The position numbers were made by a program, and so were the translations under genes. 64,000 bases of DNA from Mobula hypostoma (Eukaryota): assembly GCF_963921235.1 (NCBI RefSeq), contig NW_026948187.1, positions 1,860,001 through 1,924,000 on the forward strand, read 5' to 3'. The notes beneath the pieces are model-generated. The model was not told where the DNA came from. It was given only the letters and a program-made list of their open reading frames with translations, and made no database searches. Every line of letters begins with the position of its first letter. Position 1 is the stretch's first letter. Shown piece by piece: positions 38,085 through 51,900 of the stretch.

Positions 38085-38435
38085 TTCCCTTATTAAGGAA
38101 AGAGAGAACCTGTGGTATGTCGAAGACTGGGTGAAACTCGAAGTGTTTGGGGTAATTTCAAGTCTGTGTCTTTGCTATTGCTTTGCTCACACTTGTCTGC
38201 TTGGTGGCGGTGCCGATGCTTGTTTTTTGTCGGTGGCGGGAGGGGGGATTATTTCTTGCAACCGCTTTTGCACAGCAGGGGGGAGCTGGGGGTGGGGACT
38301 TGGGCGTTCTTATGTTTACCTGTCATTCATTCTTTGGGGCACTTTGTTTGGGTGGATGTTTGCGAACACAAAACATTTCAGGATGTATATTGTACACATT
38401 TCTCTGACATTAAATTGGACCTTTGAACCTTTGAT
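38085..38435 (+). mobile_element. Non-autonomous retroposon / LINE 3' UTR fragment
   Basis: Homolog of 15285-15645; ends attaaa...acctttgaacctttga. Confidence 0.6.
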
Positions 38436-39837
38436 GGAATTATTGAAGCAAGTTGGGAGCAGAATCATGCAGAGTAAAATCAGCGGTAAGGCTGGCTGGG
38501 CTGAATATAGCCTGGTCGAGGAACTTTAGTGAAGGAGACTGCAAATGGCTTTGGTGTGCAAGTATGTCTCTGGAAGGCTGTCTTTACACTGTATCCTCCC
38601 ATCAGGATTAGCATCATTTCTGATGAGAAGGGCTTCTGCTTATCCTATGAGGCTTGGATATCCTTTCTTATAATGACAAGATAACTGGCAGAATGACAAT
38701 GGTGGGATAATGAATGCAGTCTTTACTGCACAACGTCACCGCTGCTCCCTCCGCATGACAGCCGAGCTACCCCAGCACTGTGAACGAGGTGAGATTTCTG
38801 TATTGTTACAGCATCCTGTCAGCTCTTTTCAACATTAGTATTCCCAGCATGCTGGCCACATCCTGAGTTTAGACAGTGAAAATCTGAGCTTCCACATCGA
38901 CACACATACACGTGGTTGGAGTCCGCCTGTGCTGCGTCAGGATCTGAGATATCAGCTGCAAGGCACTGGGTCTTCAACCCAAAATGAAGTTCTCAGCGCT
39001 TCTGCGAATCAATGGATGGGCTCCAATACGTTTGCAAGTTTGACGTGGATTCCTCCATGCTCTTTGACATTGCTCACAAGTTTTCTGGAATCAAGAATTT
39101 CACCTTTTTTATCCTTCTTATCTACGAAAGTCCTTACTTAATCCCTCTTTTATAGAACCTGTCTGTATTCTACTGAATTATTCGTACATACCCTGCCCAA
39201 GGTGCATGCCCAGGGTCACTCCACACGCTAGATACACCGCTGAGCCCATCTCTAAATAATGCACTTGGTTTGGTTACAGACTGAGTGAATTTGTGCCATC
39301 AGTTAACTTCCGTTCCATTACCACTTTACTAGGGTGTTATTCTTGTCCAGCTGAAATGGATCCACGGATGTTGCAAAGTGTTGAGGGACACGGGCGAATG
39401 TAAAATATGCATTTTTCTGTCACATGAATTTTGTAAAGCAGGAGAAATTGTGGATTAAGGGAAAAGTAGAATTTGGGAAGGGTTAGCCATTCAGCCGTGG
39501 GTTGACCATTGACCCAATAGGTTTGTGCCACTAACACGAAGCAGCACCTCTCTGTTTGAGGACATGTGATAGAATATCTCAGCCATTCTAACCATTGCTC
39601 CCTGTCTAATGTCCCGGATGGAATGAGATGGAATGAATAATTCTGCTTTATAGAAGACTATTTGAATATTGTGTCTGTTATTGTTGAACTGTGTGCAACC
39701 TATGAACAATAGATACAGGACCTACTATATGTCCAACTGTGTTACTGAGTGTATGAATGCTAGTTATGAACCTGGTTGGCAGGCAGTGATCAATGAGACA
39801 ATGGTTAATGCGACAGTGGTGCACAGAGGATGTCTGA

Positions 39838-40938
39838 TGCAAATACGAGGAAATCTGCAGATGCTGGAAATTCAAGCAACAGGCAAGGTAGCATCTACAG
39901 AAAGCAGCACAGTCGAAAGTTTCGGGCCGACAACCTTCGTCGGGAAAAGCTGAAAGAAAAGATAGTGAAAGATTTGAAGGAGGGAGAGGGAGGGGAAGAT
40001 CCGAAATGATAGGAGAAGACAGGAGGGGAAGGGGATAAAGCTAAGAGCTGGGAAAAGGGATACCGGACTAGAGAAGGGAGAGGAGACAGGAGGCCTAGGG
40101 AGAAAGAAAGCGGGAGGGGAGCCCCGGAGGAAGATGGAGAGCAGGCAAGCAGCTATTTAGAGNNNNNNNNNNNNNNNNNNNNNNNNNNNNNNNNNNNNNN
40201 NNNNNNNNNNNNNNNNNNNNNNNNNNNNNNNNNNNNNNNNNNNNNNNNNNNNNNNNNNNNNNNNNNNNNNNNNNNNNNNNNNNNNNNNNNNNNNNNNNNN
40301 NNNNNNNNNNNNNNNNNNNNNNNNNNNNNNNNNNNNNNNNNNNNNNNNNNNAGGGGAGGTGGGGCATTAATGGAAGTTGGAGAAGTCAATGTTCATGCCA
40401 TCAGGTTGGAGGCTACCCAGACGAAATTTAAGGTGTTGTTCCTCCAACCTGAGTGTAGCCTCATCTTGACAGTAGAGGAGGTTGTGACAGTCATATCAGA
40501 ATGAGAATGGGACGTGGAATTAAAATATATGGCCACTGGGAGATCCTACTTTCTCTGGAGGACAGAACGTAGGTGTCCAGCAAAAGGACCTCCCAGTCTG
40601 CGTCGGGTCTCACCAATATACAGAAGGCTGCATCGGGAGCACCCCACCACCAAGCACACCTTACCCTCCCCAGCGCCCCCCCCCCCACTCTCTCTGCTTT
40701 CCGCAGGGATCGATCCTTACGCGACACCCTTTTCCATTTGTTCCCGCCCACCCACATCCCTTCCCACCGATCTCCCTCCCGGCGCTTATCTTTGTAAGCG
40801 GAACAAGTGCTTCACCTGCCCTTTCACTTCCTCCCTCACCACCATTCAGGGCCCCAGACAGTCCTTCCACGTGAGGCGACACTTCATCTGAGAGTCAACT
40901 GATGAGATTTACTGCGTCCGGTGTTCCCAGGGCGGCCG
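39838..40938 (-). mobile_element. Penelope-like element with inverted 5' segment; spans the gap at 40163-40351
   Basis: Minus part to about 40642 encodes CSRCSLLYIGETRRRL. Plus part 40645-40938 encodes SAFRRDRSLRDTL, CKRNKCFTCP and IYCVRC. Terminal repeat at 39838-39950. Confidence 0.8.
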
Positions 40939-41030
40939 ATTCGTGTGCTTGGCCAGTCCACGTGTCTCGTCCCGTCCTTGTGCCCCGCCCAGCCCAGGAG
41001 TACCTCACCCAGCCCGGTTAGAAGCCATAG

Positions 41031-44000
41031 AAACCAGAGAAACTACAGCACAGAAACAGGCCTTTTGGCCCTTCTTGGCTGTGCCGAACCATTTTCTGCC
41101 TAGTCCCACTGATCTGCACATGGACCATATCCCTCCATACACCTCCCATCCATGTAGCTGTCCAATTTATTCTTAAATGTTAAAAAAGAACCCGCATTTA
41201 CCACCTCGTCTGGCAGCTCATTCCATACTCCCACCACTCTCTGTGTGAAGAAGTCCCCCCTAATGTTCCCTTTAAACTTTTCCCCCCTCACCCTTAACCC
41301 ATGTCCTCTATTTTTTTTCTCCCCTTGCCTCACTGGAAAAAGCCTGCTTGCATTCACGCTATCTATACCCATCATAATTTTACATACCTCTATCAAATCT
41401 CCCCTCATTCTTCTACGCTCCATGGAATAAAGTCCTAATGTATTCAACCTTTCTCTGTAACTGAGTTTCTCAAGTCCCGGCAACATCCTTGTAAACCTTC
41501 TCTGCACTCTTTCAACCTTATTAATATCCTTCCTGTAATTTGGTGACCAAAACTGAACACAATACTCCAGATTCGGCCTCACCAATGCCTTATACAACCT
41601 CATCATAACATTCGAGCTCTTATACTCAATACTTTGATTAATAAAGGCCAATGTACCAAAAGCTGTCTTTACGACCCTATCTACCTGTGACGCTACTTTT
41701 AGGGACTTTGTATCTGTATTCCCAGATCCCTCTGTTCCACTGTACTCCTCGGTGCCTTACCATTAACCCTGTATGTTCTACCTTGGTTTCTCCTTCCAAC
41801 GTGCAATACCTCACACTTGTCTGTATTAAACTTCATCTGCCATTTTTCAGCCCATTTTACAGCTGGTCCAAGTCCCTCTGCAGGCTCTGAAAACCTTCCT
41901 CACTGTCTACTACATCTCCAATCTTTGTATCATCAGCAAATTTGCTGATCCAATTTACCACATTATCATCCAGATCATTGATATAGATGACAAATAGCAA
42001 TGGACTCAGCACTGATCCCTGTGGCACACCACTAGTCACAGGCCTCCATTCGGAGAAGCAATTCTCTACTACCACTCTTTGACTTCTTCCATTGAGCCAA
42101 TGTCTAATCCAATTTACCACCTCTCCATGTATACCTAGCGAGTGAATTTTCCTAACTAACCTCCCATGCGGGACCTTGTCAAAGGCCTTACTGAAATCCA
42201 TGTAGATAATATCCACTGCTTTCCCTTCATCCACTTTCCTGGTAACCTCCTCGTAAAACTCCGATAGATTGGTCAAACATGACCTACCACGCACAAAGCC
42301 ATGTTGACTCTTCCTAATAAGTCCCTGTCTATCCAAATGCCTGTAGATTCTGTCTCTTAGTACTCCCTCCAATAACTTACCTACTACCGACGTTAAACTT
42401 ACTGGCCCATAATTTCCCGGATTAATTTTCGATTCTTTCTTAAACAACGGGACAACATGAGCTACTCTCCAATCCTCCGGCACCTCACCTGTAGACAACG
42501 ACATCTTAAATATTTCTGCCAGAGCCCCTGAAATTTCAACACTAGTCTCCTTCAAGGTCCGAGGAACACCCTGTCAGGTTCCGGGGATTTATCCACTTTA
42601 ATTTTCCTCAAGACAGCAAGGACCTCCTCCTTTCCGATCTGTACAGTTTCCATGATCTCACTACTTGTTTCCCTTAATTCTATAGACTTCATACCACTTT
42701 CCTTAGTAAATACAGACGCAAAAAAAGTATTTAAGATCTCCCCCATTTCCTTTGGTTCCGCACATAGCCGACCACTCTGATCTTCAAGAGGACCAATTTT
42801 ATACCTTACAATCCTTTTGCTCTTAATATACCTGTACAAGCTCTTTGGATTATCCTTCACTTTGACTGCCAAGGTAGCCTCATGTCTTCTTTTAGCCCTC
42901 CTGATTTCTTTCTTATGAATTTTCTTGCATTTCTTATACTCCTCAAACACCTTATTTACTCCCTGCTTCCTATACATGTCATACAACTCCCTCTTCTTCT
43001 TTATGAGAGTTGCAATATCCCTTGAGAACCAAGGTTCCTTATTCCTATTCACAATGCCTTTAATCCTGACAGGAACATACAAATTCTGCACTCTCAAAAT
43101 TTCTCCTTTGAAGGCTTCCCACTTATCGATCACATCCTTGCCAGAGAACAACCTGTCCCAATCCACGCTTTTTAGATCCTTTCTCATTTCCTCAAATTTG
43201 GCCTTCTTCCAGTTAAGAACCTCAACCCTAGGACCAGATCTATCCTTGTCCATGATCAAGTTGAAACGTTTCCTAACAGGAGATCCAATATTGCATTCCA
43301 TCCAGTTGGTCCCTCTATATATTGATTTAGAAAACTTTCCTGAACACATTTTACAAACTCTAAACGATCTAGACCCCTAACAGTATAGGAGTCCCAATCA
43401 ATTTATGGAAAACTAAAATCCCCTACCACCACAACTTTATGTTTCCTGCAGTTGCCTGCTATCTCTCTGCTGATTTGCTCTTCCAATTCTCGTTGACTAC
43501 TGGGTGGTCTGTAATACAATCCCACTAATGTGGCGATATCTTTCCTGTTTCTCAGCTCCACCCATAAGCACTCAGTAGACAAGCCCTCTAATCTGTCCTG
43601 CCTGAGCACTGCTGTAAGATTTTCCCTAACAAGCAATGCTACTCCCCCACCTTTCACTCATCTGCCTCGATCACATCTGAAACATCGGAACCCTGGAATA
43701 TTAAGCTGCCAGCTCTGCCCTTCCTGTAGCCAAGTTTCACTAATTGCTATAACGTCATAATTCCACGTGTCAATCCACGCCCTCAACTCATCCGCCTTCC
43801 CCGTAATACTCCTAGCATTGAAATATATACACCTCAGAAAATGTTTACCACCACTCACAACCTTTCTATTAGTAGATTTGCTTGAACTGTTAACATCATT
43901 TACTTTCACCCCAGCCACACTGTCAGCTCTGGCACTCTGGTTCCCATCCCCCTGCAAATCTAGTTTAAAGCCTCCCCAATAGCACTAACAAACCTCCCTG

Positions 44001-45158
44001 AAATGATATTGGTCCCCCTGTAGTTCAAGTGTAACCCGTCTCTCTTGCACAGGTCCCACCTGCCCCAGACGAGGTCCTAATGATCCTGAAATCTGAAACC
44101 CTGCCCCCTGCACCAGTTTATCAGCCAGTTGTTCATCCTCCACAGCATCCTATTCCTACCCTCACTGGCAAGGAGCACAGGTAGCAATCCTGAGATTACC
44201 ACACTCGAGTTCCTGCTTTTCAACTTCCTACGAGGCTCTCTGTACTCACACTCTAGGACCTCCTCACTCTTCCTTGCTATGTCATTGGTGCCGATGTGCA
44301 CCACGACATCTGGCTAGTCACCCTCCCACTTCAGAATGTCATGCAATCGGTCAGAGACATCCTTGACCCTGGCACCAGGGAGGCAACAAACCATCCTGGA
44401 TTCGATGTCACGACCGCAGAACCTCCTATCTGTACCTCTAACTATCGAGTCCCCTATCACTACCGCTCTCCTCTTTTTCCACCCTTCCTTCTGCACTGCA
44501 GAGCCAGACTCAGTGCCAGAGATCCGGCTACTGCAGCTTGTCCCAGGTACGTCATCCCCCCCAACAATGCGGTATACGTTGTTGAGGGGAATGGCCACAG
44601 GGGAACCCTGCTCTGCCTGCCCTTTCTTCTTCCCTCGCCTGACAGTGACCAAATTTCCTGACCTCTGCTCCTTTGACGTAACTACCTCCCTGTTGCTGCT
44701 ATCTATAATCTCCTCATTCTTCCGAATGATCCGCAGGTCATCCAGCTCCTGCTCCAGTTCCCTATCGCGGTTTGTTAGGAGATGCAGCTGGATGAACTTC
44801 TGGCAGGTGTCGTTGTCAGGGACACCGGAGGGTTCCCTGACTTCCCACATCCTACAAGAGGAGCATTCCAACATCCTGCCTGGCATTCTCTCTACGCCAG
44901 ACAATCTGAACAAAAAAACTAATCGGAACCTACCCTGGCCTCTGCCCGTTCTCGCCGAAGCCTGTTGAGCCAAAGCCATCCCACTCTGACTCAGTCCACT
45001 CCGACGATGGCCACTGTATAGGTGGTCTGCATTTAAACCTTGGCGCGCTACGTCACGCGCCTGCGCAGTGCAGACCCTTCTCCCTGAGCAGTGTTTAAAA
45101 AAAACGGCTTTTTCTACCCGATTTCTTCCACTCCCTTCTTCAGCTGCTTGCTTCGACT
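41031..45158 (-). mobile_element. Near full-length CR1 family 'A', disrupted
   Basis: ORF1 from ATG 44886 (CSSC, VIGDSIVRG, HIGTND); ORF2 YFNARSI, ISETW, FADDTK. Flanks GAAGCCATAG (41021-41030) and GAAACCATAG (45159-45168) are a candidate TSD. Confidence 0.95.
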
Positions 45159-45168
45159 GAAACCATAG

Positions 45169-45525
45169 TTCTGGAGTTCCCTCGTCCTGTCCTGGAGTCT
45201 CACGTCCAGTCCTGTAGCCACGTCTTGTCCTCGCCTAGACTGGGGTCCGAGCCCAAGTCAAGACCCAGGTTTCGGGCCCTTGTCCAGCCTCTGGCTCGGA
45301 GCCCTAGCTGAGGCTCCAAGTTCCTAGTTCCACGTCCGGGTCCCTTGTCTCTAGTCCAAGTCCTAGCCCAGACCCAGAATACTATTCTCGTCCAGGGCCT
45401 GTGTCAATGTCAAGGGTCATTTATTCCTGTCTTCCCTTGCTTTCTTGACACAACTAGCCCTGTTCCTAGTACTTCAGTGTCTGTGTCTTGCATTTAGGTC
45501 CGCCAACAACGGCTCCCTTTTGACT
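45169..45525 (+). mobile_element. Gypsy-type LTR fragment (left part probably 40940-41020) split by the CR1
   Basis: 3' part cctgttcctagtacttcagtgtctgtgtcttgcatttaggtccg matches the reverse complement of about 61246-61290. Confidence 0.65.
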
Positions 45526-45696
45526 AGTGATTAAGTTTCGAAGCAACCAATTACAACTACCAACTAAAATGTAATGAAGTGTGTATCCATTAGAAACACA
45601 AAGTTAATAAAAGGACAAGATACAATTTTTGATACTGAGTAATATGATAAAAATGAACGTTACCGCTTGAATGTGTCTATGTTGACTTTTATAATT

Positions 45697-46524
45697 CAGT
45701 GAAATGGGATTAATTGGTCCATTGGTTAATTGGGTCAGCCGCTTTTTTAGGACAATACTTAATGAAAATGAAAACGGAAAACATGGAATTCTTTTGTTTA
45801 TTTGGGAAGCTATGCCTCTTAATTGGGGCAGGAATCTATTGCCAAACAGTTTCTAACTAGCGTTAGTCACATGAAAGTTATGTGGCCGTTATACACTATG
45901 TCGTAATTAAAACAACCGTTTTAAATTGCATCACTTGTGTGTTTGTGTTCAAAAAGCAGTGATATTTTTGTCATTGATCGTAGGCAAATGATAAACAGTA
46001 AGACAGTTTAGGACTGTTTTCCTCACTGCGGTGTCAAACATTCAGACTTGCGGATGCCAGAAACGGCTGGGGTGAAATGAAACAATTTCAATACTTCAAC
46101 AACTTAGGCACTATGATGAATTTGAAAGTATCAGCAGTCATGTTGAATGTTAGAATTAAAATGAGGATTTGGAGGTTCCAATCATCGAAAGCACTGTTTG
46201 AAAGCTGTCCACTATCTGCACTTGGTGTCTGTGATGAAGTTGTTTACTTACAGTCAATCAAAGGAACAGGTCAGGGTACACTTAATGAATTTCAGCATAA
46301 TAATTAGGAACTAATACAGTTTTATATACTGTGGTGATTTTGGTTGTGTTCTAATTTATTCTGTATTTCATTCAAATACATAATTTGTTACTTATTTAAA
46401 TGGTAATTTGTCTTTTTTTATACTTTGTTAACTATTTCCATGAAACTTCGGCTAATTGGGGTAACCATGTAATCGGGCCAAAATGTACAATTCCCAGTGT
46501 GCCCCAATTAACTGGAACACATTG
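45697..46524. mobile_element. Non-autonomous DNA transposon (Tigger/pogo-like MITE)
   Basis: Degenerate TIRs (cagtg..ttaattgg / ccaattaac..cattg then TA) and repeated subterminal TAATTGGG motifs. Confidence 0.5.
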
Positions 46525-46776
46525 TATTTGTAATTTAGGTAGAGTCATTTACGATTTCACTCTGAAACAGCATAATAATCAGAACACTCTTCATTTAAGC
46601 AGATGTTAAGAATTCATTAGACATAACTCGTGTGCTTTCACCATATTATCTATAATGTCTACTTGAACCATAAATTGGCATTTTGAACATTTACTTACAT
46701 ACATTTATAGATAAACATTATTGAAGTCATCTTTAACATGTATACAGTGTTCATGGAGATGAACTTGTTGCTGATT

Positions 46777-48189
46777 TTATCTTGATGCACCAATGTTTTT
46801 ATATTGACACAAGAGAAGATGTTTGAAGGTTTTCTTGAAGGTAGCATTGCATAGTGAATAGCAGGCTGGGTTGATAGTACTGTTGATGTAACAGAGCCAG
46901 TATCCAATAGTCCATACTTTGTTAGGGACGCAGACTAAACAGAAAGTGTTAATGAGTACCATGACATTGTATGGGGTCCAGGTGATGATAAATGCCAGCA
47001 GAATAGCCAGGATGGTCCTGGCCACCTTCTTCTCCCGGGTAACAGATCCCTTCTTTTTCTTAGCAGGAGTCTTTGTCATCTTAATAATCTTGTGGGCTGC
47101 GGTGAGCTCTCTGTCTTTACTATTTTTGGTGCTGTTATCTGACACTATTTCAACTGTGGTAGCGCAGAGGTCACTCTTTTGGCATTTAGTGACAACCTTT
47201 ATGCTGGAGAGATTGGAGCTGCCGATGCTAAAATGCCTTCGTGCGGTGGAGACCTTTGTGCTCTCATCAATCGTTCCTTCCTCCTCCTGGATGGAAGGGA
47301 CCACACTGAGGGAAGTCGAGTCATTGGAGATCTCCTTTTTCTCTCCTTGGCCACAATTATCCATCATTACTTCCCCAGCTGCCTTGCCGTTTTGTACTTT
47401 GAAATTCTGCAACCCATCAGGTGCACTGGAAAAGTTGTTGTTACTCGGTTTCATTATTTTGCCCCGCAGTAGACTGGGAGAAATGGTGTCTTTGTTTGAC
47501 TCGGGCTCTTTCTTATCCTTCTTGATCCGACTCTGGCTAGCACGGGATATTTGCACATACAAAATAGTCATGGTAATAACCGGTAGATAGAAAGATGCTA
47601 TTGCAGTGCCAAAAGTGACAAATGGATTTGAGAAGAACTGTACATGGCACTCACCCTCTTTAACTGTCCGCCCACCTACAATGAACTGCCAGAAGAGAAT
47701 AGCAGGAGCCCACAGGATAAATGACAGCACCCAAGCAGCTGCAATCATCATCCCTGCCATCTTGCTGGTTCTCTTCGCAGGGTAGCTGAGAGGCTTTATC
47801 ACACAGAAGAATCGGTCAAAGCTGATGATAAGAAGGTTCATGACAGATGCATTACTTGCAACATAATCTAGAGCCAGCCATAAATCACACATCACTGGGC
47901 CCATGGGCCAGTAGCCAATGACGATGTAAGTAGTGTAAAGGTTCATTGAGAACACACCAATAATCAAGTCAGCACAGGCTAAGCTGGAAATGAAATAATT
48001 GTTAATTGTTTGTAACTGTCTGTTTACTTTAATAGAAAGCATAACCAGAATGTTTCCGATAATGGTCACCAGACTCAAAGATAATGCTGAAATCACAATG
48101 AAGATTACTCCAACTGTTTTGTAAGCGCTTCCTCTTTCAATGTCTGTTAGGTTGCTGAGAGATGCATTTGCCTGTGTTGAATTAGCCAT
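46777..48189 (-). CDS. CHRM2: Muscarinic acetylcholine receptor M2(-like), single coding exon, 470 aa
   Basis: [45 protein letters not shown], long ICL3, [21 protein letters not shown] and an M2-type C-terminus [20 protein letters not shown]. Three N-terminal N-glycosylation sequons. Pyrimidine tract and CAG acceptor lie 20 nt upstream of ATG 48189. Confidence 0.93.
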   Translation of the reverse strand: MANSTQANASLSNLTDIERGSAYKTVGVIFIVISALSLSLVTIIGNILVMLSIKVNRQLQTINNYFISSLACADLIIGVFSMNLYTTYIVIGYWPMGPVMCDLWLALDYVASNASVMNLLIISFDRFFCVIKPLSYPAKRTSKMAGMMIAAAWVLSFILWAPAILFWQFIVGGRTVKEGECHVQFFSNPFVTFGTAIASFYLPVITMTILYVQISRASQSRIKKDKKEPESNKDTISPSLLRGKIMKPSNNNFSSAPDGLQNFKVQNGKAAGEVMMDNCGQGEKKEISNDSTSLSVVPSIQEEEGTIDESTKVSTARRHFSIGSSNLSSIKVVTKCQKSDLCATTVEIVSDNSTKNSKDRELTAAHKIIKMTKTPAKKKKGSVTREKKVARTILAILLAFIITWTPYNVMVLINTFCLVCVPNKVWTIGYWLCYINSTINPACYSLCNATFKKTFKHLLLCQYKNIGASR

Positions 48190-48959
48190 CCTTTCCCTTT
48201 GAGTTAGCACTGAAACGGACTAAACGCAGAAAATAAGAGAAAAGAGGAGAAAATATTAGCAAACAAGCATTAAAGGATTTCTTATTGAAGTCTCACCATC
48301 AAGAACACACAAGACCATAGGTTGTAAAAAAAAACAAAACTTCAAGATTGTTGCTGAGAGATTAATTTGAACAGGAAGCACAGAGATCACTTGTTGTACG
48401 TACAACTAATTATGAATTAATAGTTAATTACGAGTGCCTAACTGAATGAAGGTGTTGATGCCCGACATTGGAAACATGTTTTCATTACATTGGTCCACCT
48501 TTATGCACTGAAAATGATGGGAAACCTCTGATTTCTTGGTTCCCTTCAATGCACGTGCTTTGAAAGCAAAAGCTGTATGAACACGAGACATCCCAATTGC
48601 CTACAGAAATGACGCAAGAAAAACAGATACACATAATTATCCCTCTCCCAAAGGAGGAACAACCATAAAATCCAATAAACTTGCAGTCAAAAGCAGAAAT
48701 GAAGCAAAGTCCAGGAGGGAGAGAAGAATCTGGGACTGAGTTACGTCGGATCAACAGCATGTGTTTCAAAACAGAATGCTAAGAACCATATTAGTGATGG
48801 CCGAACACTATTGATTTACCCTAGTTATGAAACCCATGAGAACTCTAAACAATTATGGTCTAATATTCTTGAAACTAATAGCCTAAAAGGGGAAGTTATG
48901 ACCTGCAGAAAAAAAGATTGGTGACACCGGAAGCCAAGTGACAGCAATATCCCTGTGGG

Positions 48960-51900
48960 CAGGTTTGCTGGAGCTGTGGAGGAGGGTTTAAACTAATTAG
49001 GCAGGGAGGATGGGAACTGGAATGATTGGTCTGAAGACGAGGCAGTTGGTATACAAGTAGATGCAGTGTGTAGTGAGACTGTGAGGAATGACAGGCAGGT
49101 GATAGAGCAAAGTTGCAGAGACTAGGATGAGTTGAAATCTAACATAGTGGCAGAATCGAAGAGGGTAAGGAATACATGTCCGAAGGTGTCATATTTTAAT
49201 GCACACTGTACAGTATATGGAATAAGGTAGAGGTCAGAGATTGCAATTATGACATTGTGGGCATCGTGGCTGAAAGAAAATCATAGTTGGGAGATTTACA
49301 TCAAAAGATACATTGTATCGAAAGGACAGAGAGGTAGGCGGGGGTGGCGGGGTGGAGAGGATTTGTTAGTAAAAAGTGAAATCAAATCCTTAGAAATCGG
49401 AAACATTGGATTGGAAGATGGAGTATCCTTGCGGGTAGAGTTAAGAAACTGCAGGGGTAAAAAGCCCCTGATGGGAATTCTATCCAGACATTCGAACAGT
49501 GGCCTAGAGATGGGGTACAAATTACAACAGGAGACAGAAGCGGCATATAAAAATTGAAATGTTACAATAGTCATGGGGGATTTCAATATGCAGGTAGATT
49601 GAGAAATTTAGGTTGGTGCCGAACCCCAACAGATGGAATTTGTAGAAAGCGTACAAGTCGGGTTACTACAACCGCTTGCGGTTGAGGACACCAGGCGAAA
49701 GGCAATTCTGGATTGAGTGTTGTGTTATGAACCCGATTTCATTAGCGACTTTAAGGTAAAGAAACCCTTTTAGGAGGCAGTTATCATAATATGTTAAATC
49801 CACCCTGCAGTTTGGGAGGGAGAAGATGAAGTCAGATATATTAGGATTTCAGTGGATAAAAAGGGGTTACTGTAACTGAATCATGAGAGAGGAGCTGGCC
49901 AAATTTAATTGGTAAGGGACAGTACCAGGGATGAAAGCAGAACAGCAATGGTTGGTGCTTCGTGGAGGAATTCAGAAGGCGCAGGATGGATACATATCCA
50001 AGTATTCTAAAGGGAGGATAAGGTAACAGTGGCTGACAAGGGAAGTCAAAGACAGCATAGAGGGAAAAGAGAGAACAAATAATACAACGAAAATTGTGGG
50101 AAAATTGGGAAACTTTTGAAAACTAACAAAAGGGAACTGAAAATTCATAAAGAGGGAAACGATGAAATATAAACATAAGTTGGCCAATAATATGATGATA
50201 CCAAAACTATTTTTTTTCAGAAATATTAAAAGTAAAGGATATCGGACCACTGAAAGATTATGCTGGAGACATAGTAATGGGGGAAAATAAATGGCATACA
50301 AACTTAATACCTATTTTGTGTCTGTCTTCACTGTGGAACACACCAGGAATATGCCAAAAATCCAGAAGTACTGGGGGCAGAAGTGAGTGTTGTTGCTATT
50401 ACCAAGGAGAAGGTGCTTTGGAGGCTGAAAAATTGAATGTTAGATAAGTCAGCTGGACCAGATGGACTACACTCTCGGGCTCTGAAAGAGGTAGGAGCGG
50501 AGGTTGTGAAGGCATTGACAATAAACTGGACTGGTCAACGAACACTGAGGCTGTCTACAAGAAGGGTCAGAGCCGTCTCTATTTCCTGAGGAGACTGAGG
50601 TCCTTTAACATCTGCCGGACGATGCTGAGGATGTTCTACGAGTCTGTGGTGGCCAGTGCTATCATGTTTGCTGTTGTGTGCTGGGGCAGCAGGCTGAGGG
50701 TAGCAGACACCAATAGAATCAACAAACTCACTCGTAAGGCCAGTGATGTTGTGGGGATGGAACTGGACTCTCTCACGGTGGTGTCTGAAAAGAGGATGCT
50801 GTCTAAGATTCATGCCATCTTGGACAATGTCTCCCATCCACTACATAATGTACTGGTTGGGCACACGATTACATTCAGCCAGAGACTCATTCCACCGAGA
50901 TGCAGCACTGAGCGTCATAGGAAGTCATTCCTGCCTGTGGCCATCAAAACTTACAACTCCTCCCTTGGAGGGTCAGACACCCTGAGCCAATAGGCTGGTC
51001 CTGGACTTATTTCATAATTAACTGGCATAATTTACATATTACTATTTAACTATCTATGTTTTTTTTACTATTTATTATTTATGGTGCAACTGTAACGAAA
51101 ACCAATTTTCTCTGGGATCAATAAAGTATGACTATGACTATGACTATGAAGGCATTAGTCATGATCCTTCAAGAATCATTAGGTTCTAGAATGGCTCTGG
51201 AAGATTGGAAAAATGTAAATATCATTCTACAGTTTCAGGGAAGGAGGCAAAAGAAAGAGAATTATAAGCTAATTATTTCTGACTTCAGTTGTTGGGAAGG
51301 TGTTGGAGACATTATTAAGGATATGGTTATGATGTAGTTGTAGGCACATGATGAAGCAGGCAAAGTCAGAGTGGTTTCACTCAGGGGAAATCATGCCGAA
51401 AAAATCTGCTGGAATTCTTTGAGGAAATAACAAGCACGATGGACAACAGAAAATCAGTGGATGTCGATTAGTTGGATTTTCAGAAGGACTTTGACAAGGT
51501 GCCGCACGTGAGTATACTTAACAAATTAAGAGCCCATGGCATTACAGGAAAGATACTAGCATAGATTGAACGTTGGAAAACTGGCAGAAGAGAAGGAGTG
51601 AGAATAAGGGGCCTTTTCTGGTTTGCCACAGTCAATTAGTAGTGTTCCACAGGGGCCTTTGTCGGAGCCGATTCTTTTCGCGTTATATGTCAATGATTTG
51701 GATGACTGAATTGATGACTTTATGGCAAGTTTCAGGATTACACAACAAGGGTTGGAGGGGCAGGTAGAGTTGAGGAAGCAAGGTATCTGCAGGATGCTGA
51801 GACAGACTGGGAGAATGGGCAGATGGAATATAGTGTAGGGAAGTGTATATATAGTCAGGCACTTTGGTAGAAGGATTAAAGGCATAGACTATTTTCTAAA

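Noticed and set aside
46919-47590. 223-aa antisense ORF over CHRM2, and antisense ORFs over CR1 and GPCR sequences
   Set aside because: Shadow ORFs with no recognisable motifs.
48190-48210. ORF-track start MLTQRER for the muscarinic receptor
   Set aside because: The GTG start overlaps the splice acceptor; ATG 48189 gives the typical M2 N-terminus.
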